A DNA stretch of 64,000 nt from a virus: the IMG/VR virus record IMGVR_UViG_3300028829_002760, positions 32,001 through 96,000 of that record. The stretch is one strand, 5' to 3'. The notes beneath the pieces were generated by a model. The model ran no database searches and had not been told where the DNA came from. It saw only the letters and a program-made list of their open reading frames with translations. Made by a program: the position numbers and the translations under genes. Of this stretch, positions 57,700 to 64,000 are shown piece by piece; within the stretch, counting starts at the first letter, position 1; each line of letters opens with the position of its first letter.

Positions 57700-60600
57700 T
57701 TAACATTCTTTAGAATTATCTTTTAAATCATTGAATCTAGAATTAACATCAGAGTTTCTAGAGTCCTCTTTAAGTTTATTAGTTAATTTAGTGTCATTAG
57801 CTAAATCTTTTACAATATCTTTTGACTCATTTGATCCCTCTATATCTACTGGATCTACCTCTACTTCTGGAATAGGTTGAGTTGCTTCTTTTGTTGTTTT
57901 ATCAAAATTATTCATTAGATCTTCTTCTTTAATGGTAATCTGTTCATTACTTAATATATTTCTTAAACGTACAGATTGTTTGTTGACTCTTACAATTTCA
58001 AAAATTGTATTTTCTTCGTTGTCAAAGATAGGATTTTTAAGAATAAGATACTCACCTTTACTCACAGTATCTAAAGACATCTGTGTATTTAATTGCTCTA
58101 TCCTAGCATCATATGCATCTTTAAGAACACCAGCATTTTCTTTATTTTTTAATACCTCTAAAACAGCTGCTTGATAGACTTCTTTAATATTATCTAGGTT
58201 AGCACTATTAATCTTTTCAACTAACTTATCAATGTCTGTCTCTGTTTTTATAGGTTCAGATTCTGTTGATAAAGTTGGATCTACTTGAGTTCTTGCTCCT
58301 TTTACTATCTTTTTGAGTTCTTCTCTTGAAGATTGTCCAGGAACGTCCTCTGGTTTTCCTGATTCAGTCCTTTCATTCTTAGATACACGAGTCCTTTTCT
58401 GTACTTTTTGCTCTCCTGTGAAGATTTTTTGGACTTTTCTGAAGTTTTTGATTTTGCCATCTTTTGTTAATTTAATTAGTTCAAGATCATTTTGTAATTC
58501 TAATAAAGCATTTATTTGATTTTGTATGTCATCAGTAAGATCACCTCTATTTAATATACTATATCCTAATTGATATAGTTGCTCTACTGTATCTTCTATC
58601 CATAATTGAATTTTAAGTAAATCTGTAGAATATACAGGAGACTTAACATTTCCATCTAATAATCTATCTAATGCTTCTGGATAATTCTCTGCTAGTATTT
58701 CAGTAATAGATTTAGATACAGCAGCAGACAAAGATAACTTATCTATTTCTTTTAAGTCTTGTATTTCATCTAGTTTATTAGACTTAGCAGTTAATCTTTG
58801 GAAATTATTAGGTAATCTGTTTAATGCAAAAATATAATTGTCAGCATTAGAACCATATATATATGTTTTCTTATTACTGTCGTATAAAGATTTTCTTCTA
58901 GAACTTAAAGAATCTATTTCAGATTTTAATTCTGATATCCTACTTAAAATTTTATTTCTTTTAAACTCATCTGTTTCGTTCTGAAAATTAGATCTAAGTC
59001 TTCCAATCTTATTACCTAATTCACCAATTTCTTTATCTATTTTAGACATATCAGCATCATTAGACATATATGACAATGCTGTGATTTCTCCTGTTTGATT
59101 TCTTAGTACATCATATCTTACACCATTAATACTTGCTACAGTATCTTCTGCATTAGAAAATGATGCATCTACAACCTCTCCTTCAATAACAGATACTTGA
59201 CCAATATTTTCTACTGGTGCCATTATTTGCAATCCTACATCAGCAAGTGTAAGTTTTTCATTAACTATATTGACATTTAGCTTTTCTATTGGGAATACTT
59301 CAAATAAACCTTCCTGAGACTCAATTGCTTTTTCAAGTTTCTCTATCGTAGAATCAAGTTCATCTAACTCTTCTTTACTTCCATATTCTTGTGCTGCAAT
59401 TCTATCTAATTTAAAAGTATCTAAAGTCATTTGCACTAACTCTAGATCTACTTTAGTAGCAACTTCAATAGCAAATGTTCCATCTGCCATTTGAATAAGT
59501 TTCCCTACACGTCCTTTGTACATTACATTTTTACCTATATTATCTTCTAATGTAAGTTTTGAAGGATCTGTTCCCTCATATCCTGGGGTAGATTTAGTAG
59601 TTTCTTTAGTTCGGACAACAAGATTTTCAGGTTCAGTTTTTACTACACCAAACTCTTCTATTTCAGGTAAGTATTCTAGATCAACTGTATCTTGACCAGT
59701 AGGAACTATACCTGCTAATTCTATATCCTCTATATAACCAACTCTTTTCTTTTTAGTTTTATCTAATGTAAGACTAAAAGGCATTAGTTTCAATTCTGGA
59801 GTAATTCCAGTACTATTATGGAACATATAACCATATATAGATTGCTGTGCCCTAAAATATATAGACTTCTCATATTTACTTTGATCTGGCTTACCAAAAT
59901 TTTGCCACTTTCTTTCAGTACTTGTTTTAATATCTACAATAGCAACTGTACCATCTTCCTTAACAAGAATTAAATCAACCTCACCAGTAATACCATTATC
60001 TCTTAAAGTTCTATCAAATAGTTTTACATTCTCCGATAATATTATATAACTACCATCAACAATACCAAGTCTAAATCTAGTTACAATACCACCACCACTT
60101 TCTGTAGATACTGGAGCAAATAATTTATCAAATGCTTTTCTTGACATAACATCTGATATTTTTGTCATTTTACCTTTTATCTCTAACTCAGAGTCATAAG
60201 TAAATTCACTAAAGTTAGATTTAGTAGATGCATTAGGAGTTAGAAATATTCTTATTAAATCATCAACAACATTACCTGCATCAGAAGATTCCCTAAATGC
60301 TTCTCTTTTTAAGATTTCTTTTAACCCTTTAAAACTACCATCTGTTTCTAATGAATTTCTAATAGCAGCAAGTTTTTCTGGATAAGCAAATGCAGGATAA
60401 CCTGGACTTTCTCTAGTACCTTTACGATAAACTCTTTCTTCAAAAGCTATCATAAATGCATTTACCTTATCTTCTGGAGCTACACTATCATCATTAAAAA
60501 TTTGATCATACAGTTTTTCTATTGGGGACTTTTTAAGAATTTCACCCGTCTCTTCATCTACTTCATCTTTTAACCCTTGGTAGATAAAAGCATCTGTTTG

Positions 60601-63600
60601 TTTTATATCATTCTCAACTTCTTCTGCTACTTTAGTTGTTCTTTCAGGTCGTGCTTCTGAGTCTTTAAACTTTCTCCCAATCTGATTACCATCTTCATCA
60701 TAAATAGGTTCAAGCTCATCTTGCTTGTTAATAATGTTATCTTGTATAAGATTTACAGTTTCCTCTGCAATATTTCTTGGTGCAGCAACATCTACTCTTG
60801 CTTTTAAATATCCTTTTAATGAAGCTAAATCTGATTCAATATCTTTAATATTTGCTTTAGTAAGTTTTACTTTTTTACCTGATTTATTAGGATATGATCC
60901 ATCTTTAAGAAACTTTTCAAATATTTTTATTACTTGAGCTATTTCATATGTAGTATTTTCAGCACCAATCTGTTTATTAATAAACTTTAACTTAGGAGGT
61001 TCAGCTAATCTTTTTGCTTTTTCTTCAGCTTGAAGTTTAGATTTTTCATTGATGTTTGTAATCAATTCTCCCTGACCCTCTAACCAATTTTTTCTTAATC
61101 TTTCATATTGAATCGGATCATTATCTTTAAGTTCTATATCCTCTTCTAAAGTATCTACTAAATACTCATCAAACAGTTTTGTTATCTCATCTTGATACTC
61201 TTGATCAAAATCATCAAATTCTGTTTTAGTAGTATATACTTTAGGAGTAAATTCATCTACACCTTCTTTTTCAAACTCAGCTTTAACATCTGCTATAAGT
61301 TGATCATATTTTTCATTTATTTGATCAACAGCTTCTTGAAACTTAATATAAGGTTCAGTTTCTTCAATGTTAATTGTTTTTTTAGAAGGTTCTTTATTTA
61401 GCTCTAACTCTACTTCAGATAATTTGTTAGCTGCATAATCTCTATATTCTAAAGCCAATAAAGTAGTAGTAACCCTTGTATCAGTATCAGTAATATTTTC
61501 AAATTTTAAACTTAACTCTTGTGCTTCTTTTATTCTTTCTGGATTATTTGCAAACTCACGTTCTTTTTGTGCAAGAAATTCAGGACCTTTTATATTGTCC
61601 TTTCTCATTATTTTATCTGCAATAACGTCAGCAGCTGCTTGTATTTCTACAGCATCAATAGATTCTCGTAATGTTTTTAATGCATCTTCTAAAATCTTTT
61701 TATCAGCTTCAAGTTCTGCTCTCCTATCTTCATTAAGAGTTTCACCTGCAATACGTTTTTTCTCTTCAGACTCATATTCATCTTGAGTTATTCCAAACTT
61801 CTCTTCAAACTCTTTGTTGTATTTATCTGTCTCTTTTTTAATTAAAAGATTTCTTTCATCATTTAATTCTTCAATTTTTTTATCTAACTTTTCTCTTAAA
61901 CTAAGTTTTTCACCAGCAGGTCTTTTTTCATCTAATATTGCAGCACGTCTTAAAACATCCATGTAATCTTCATATAGAAGACTACCTTTATTAATCATTC
62001 TATTAGTCTTTACGTCTATAAAATATTCTGGATAATAATTATGATCCTCAACCCATTTAGCAAATTCTTCTAAGTCTAGATAAATACCTTGGTCAGCCAA
62101 AGTGTTTAAAAGAGTGTTTCTTTCTATGGCAGAAATTTCTTGATTAACTATATCTTTAACGAGATCTTCTCTATTATCGTATAGTTTTTTCATAAACCTG
62201 AAGTTTCTAACTACATGTTCATAAAAACCATTTGGACTAGATAGTAATGTTACATAACTATTTAGTACAGAATTTTCATTTCTTAAAAGAAGACTATCAA
62301 GTAATGCGTCATACATAACATCTATACCACCTTGACTATCAATCTCATTTTGTATGTTAAGTCTATCTTGATTAGTCTCACCTAAACCAATTAATAAATT
62401 TTTAAATGATTCCTTAAATGTATCTTTATTTTTAGTTGATCCTTTTTCAAATTCATCAAGAATTTCTTTAAAGATTTTTAAACTTACTTCTTCATCTTTA
62501 CCTTTAACATCATCAAGCTGTTCAATTTCCTCTATTTTCTTTTTTAGAAGTTCACTACTGGTAAATAGTTTATATGCTCCTTCTAAATTTTCATTATATC
62601 TAGTATATAATTCTAAAAGTTCTCTTTTATTACTTAATTCAGCAATTGCTTCTTGTGTTGTTACAGACTCTAAAGTTTCTATATCAGTTTTTAACATTTC
62701 AATTTCTCTAACTAAACCTTGAGGATCAATTAAAACACTCATGTCATTCATAGGTGTTTGTCCCAAACTAGTTATAGAATTAAACTGTTTATAAAGTGAA
62801 TTAATTCTACCTAAGTTATCATCAAAAGACTCATGTAAAAAAGTATATGTATTCAGCGCAAGACTAAATGCTTTATTATATACTTGAGCCATTCTATATT
62901 CCTCAGTATCTTTCTCATAATTATTAAGATCAATTCTGAGATCTTTCATTTTTTCTTTAGCTGTGTTATATCTAAATGCAGTTTTTTCTGCTTCTTTCAA
63001 TGTTTTACCAAATCTTTCTAAAGCTTTTTCACCTTGTCCTGGTTGTAAATCCCATGCTTCTTCAATATCACGTGCAGAAGCTTGTTCATATTTTTTATAA
63101 TGTTCCAAGAACATATTGAATGTGCCTCTTTCTAAAGATGAATATAATGCAGACTGAAATGCTGCAAACTCAGTATCTCTTATTTCTTTTGTAGTATGTT
63201 CTTCAGGATTATCAATTACTTTGGACATTAGTCCTTGTTGAGCATGATTACTAATTCTAGGATCAAAAAAGAAATTTGCATTTTTATATAGAGTATTTAA
63301 TTCACTTACTATATCATCTGCCATCTGCTCTCTATCATTCATGTAAGTTTTAAACTGAGCATCTTTTTTAAAGTAATCATTATACCCAACTGTAGCATAT
63401 GATTTAATTTTACCAGGAGCTTGTAGTATTGTACCCATTAAAAAACCTGACATAAATACTTCAAATCCTTGAGCACTCCATTGTTTAGCAATAGCATCTC
63501 CTAGTATACCTGATGCATATCTTATGTTTCTAGAATCAGGATTTTTAAAAGCTTCTAAATAATAATGTTGTGTAGCTTCTTGTAAAACATCTTGAGCAAC

Positions 63601-64000
63601 CTCTTGAACACCTTCCATTACATTAGCTTTAAAGTAATTTAAACCTACTTTACCATATGTAGATGGTTTAACTAATGATTTTATAGCATTAACTAAATTA
63701 ATCTTTTGTTTTACAAATTGACCTTCTAAAGCTTTTTTACCAGGTTCAAATAATACTTGATACTCTTTACCTACAGTAGTTATAGTTTTACCAAATGCAA
63801 ACTTAGGTACACCTTTTAAAAAACTAGCTTTTGTTATAGAAGGGAAAACTAACTTATTAGTATAGTATATTAAAGCAGTATTATTATGTGTATTCCACCA
63901 AGATCCTGCTGAAGACTCAAGCATTAACTTTTCCTGCTCTTCTAAATTTGGAGCTCTATTTTCTTTTTCTACAAATGCATTATATAACTTATCATATAAT
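57700..64000 (-). CDS. Giant virion/ejection protein with PD-(D/E)xK nuclease-like domain (5' truncated by window)
   Basis: Frame stays open upstream of ATG 63924 to the window edge; GITGEVDLILV...IVDIKTS...QQSIY at ~59840-60000; coiled-coil-rich. Confidence 0.75.
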   Translation of the reverse strand, partial: LYDKLYNAFVEKENRAPNLEEQEKLMLESSAGSWWNTHNNTALIYYTNKLVFPSITKASFLKGVPKFAFGKTITTVGKEYQVLFEPGKKALEGQFVKQKINLVNAIKSLVKPSTYGKVGLNYFKANVMEGVQEVAQDVLQEATQHYYLEAFKNPDSRNIRYASGILGDAIAKQWSAQGFEVFMSGFLMGTILQAPGKIKSYATVGYNDYFKKDAQFKTYMNDREQMADDIVSELNTLYKNANFFFDPRISNHAQQGLMSKVIDNPEEHTTKEIRDTEFAAFQSALYSSLERGTFNMFLEHYKKYEQASARDIEEAWDLQPGQGEKALERFGKTLKEAEKTAFRYNTAKEKMKDLRIDLNNYEKDTEEYRMAQVYNKAFSLALNTYTFLHESFDDNLGRINSLYKQFNSITSLGQTPMNDMSVLIDPQGLVREIEMLKTDIETLESVTTQEAIAELSNKRELLELYTRYNENLEGAYKLFTSSELLKKKIEEIEQLDDVKGKDEEVSLKIFKEILDEFEKGSTKNKDTFKESFKNLLIGLGETNQDRLNIQNEIDSQGGIDVMYDALLDSLLLRNENSVLNSYVTLLSSPNGFYEHVVRNFRFMKKLYDNREDLVKDIVNQEISAIERNTLLNTLADQGIYLDLEEFAKWVEDHNYYPEYFIDVKTNRMINKGSLLYEDYMDVLRRAAILDEKRPAGEKLSLREKLDKKIEELNDERNLLIKKETDKYNKEFEEKFGITQDEYESEEKKRIAGETLNEDRRAELEADKKILEDALKTLRESIDAVEIQAAADVIADKIMRKDNIKGPEFLAQKEREFANNPERIKEAQELSLKFENITDTDTRVTTTLLALEYRDYAANKLSEVELELNKEPSKKTINIEETEPYIKFQEAVDQINEKYDQLIADVKAEFEKEGVDEFTPKVYTTKTEFDDFDQEYQDEITKLFDEYLVDTLEEDIELKDNDPIQYERLRKNWLEGQGELITNINEKSKLQAEEKAKRLAEPPKLKFINKQIGAENTTYEIAQVIKIFEKFLKDGSYPNKSGKKVKLTKANIKDIESDLASLKGYLKARVDVAAPRNIAEETVNLIQDNIINKQDELEPIYDEDGNQIGRKFKDSEARPERTTKVAEEVENDIKQTDAFIYQGLKDEVDEETGEILKKSPIEKLYDQIFNDDSVAPEDKVNAFMIAFEERVYRKGTRESPGYPAFAYPEKLAAIRNSLETDGSFKGLKEILKREAFRESSDAGNVVDDLIRIFLTPNASTKSNFSEFTYDSELEIKGKMTKISDVMSRKAFDKLFAPVSTESGGGIVTRFRLGIVDGSYIILSENVKLFDRTLRDNGITGEVDLILVKEDGTVAIVDIKTSTERKWQNFGKPDQSKYEKSIYFRAQQSIYGYMFHNSTGITPELKLMPFSLTLDKTKKKRVGYIEDIELAGIVPTGQDTVDLEYLPEIEEFGVVKTEPENLVVRTKETTKSTPGYEGTDPSKLTLEDNIGKNVMYKGRVGKLIQMADGTFAIEVATKVDLELVQMTLDTFKLDRIAAQEYGSKEELDELDSTIEKLEKAIESQEGLFEVFPIEKLNVNIVNEKLTLADVGLQIMAPVENIGQVSVIEGEVVDASFSNAEDTVASINGVRYDVLRNQTGEITALSYMSNDADMSKIDKEIGELGNKIGRLRSNFQNETDEFKRNKILSRISELKSEIDSLSSRRKSLYDSNKKTYIYGSNADNYIFALNRLPNNFQRLTAKSNKLDEIQDLKEIDKLSLSAAVSKSITEILAENYPEALDRLLDGNVKSPVYSTDLLKIQLWIEDTVEQLYQLGYSILNRGDLTDDIQNQINALLELQNDLELIKLTKDGKIKNFRKVQKIFTGEQKVQKRTRVSKNERTESGKPEDVPGQSSREELKKIVKGARTQVDPTLSTESEPIKTETDIDKLVEKINSANLDNIKEVYQAAVLEVLKNKENAGVLKDAYDARIEQLNTQMSLDTVSKGEYLILKNPIFDNEENTIFEIVRVNKQSVRLRNILSNEQITIKEEDLMNNFDKTTKEATQPIPEVEVDPVDIEGSNESKDIVKDLANDTKLTNKLKEDSRNSDVNSRFNDLKDNSKEC

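Noticed and set aside
39624-61786. Short plus-strand ORFs inside the giant genes (e.g. 41274, 42756, 50383, 57932, 60725)
   Set aside because: Antisense shadows of long minus-strand genes with no motifs
1-64000. Stop-codon reassignment as in some crAss-like phages
   Set aside because: Genes up to 10 kb are intact in code 11, TAG and TGA both end well-packed genes, and no suppressor tRNA was seen

Overview
AT-rich fragment of a lytic crAss-like (Crassvirales-type) phage genome, probably infecting Bacteroidota/Flavobacteria. It uses the standard genetic code, and I saw no tRNA, integrase or CRISPR array. There are three blocks. (1) 1-6401, minus strand: the end of a late module with lysis-like membrane genes, a tail-fibre-like protein, GroES and a metallophosphoesterase. 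(2) 6684-39465, plus strand: small early genes with a repeated GCTAACCC upstream motif, a structured non-coding region, accessory genes, and a replication module (SF2 helicase, UDG, DnaB, Sak4-like ATPase, primase, vWA/MoxR pair, PD-(D/E)xK nuclease, family B polymerase). (3) 39516-64000, minus strand: three giant virion/ejection proteins, including a single-chain virion RNA polymerase (DFDID motif). The best candidate for an undescribed system is a tandem array of three covarying RNA stem-loops at 9626-9849, each with an invariant GT-TCCTATT motif, plus a degenerate fourth copy at 9181-9263. The array lies directly upstream of a 596-aa helical/TerD-like protein and a PNKP-type 3'-phosphatase. 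Also notable are a NADAR-like domain fused to the virion RNAP, a 17-bp repeat at successive small-gene junctions, and a phage ClpS. All family assignments come from motif recognition by eye; no searches were run.
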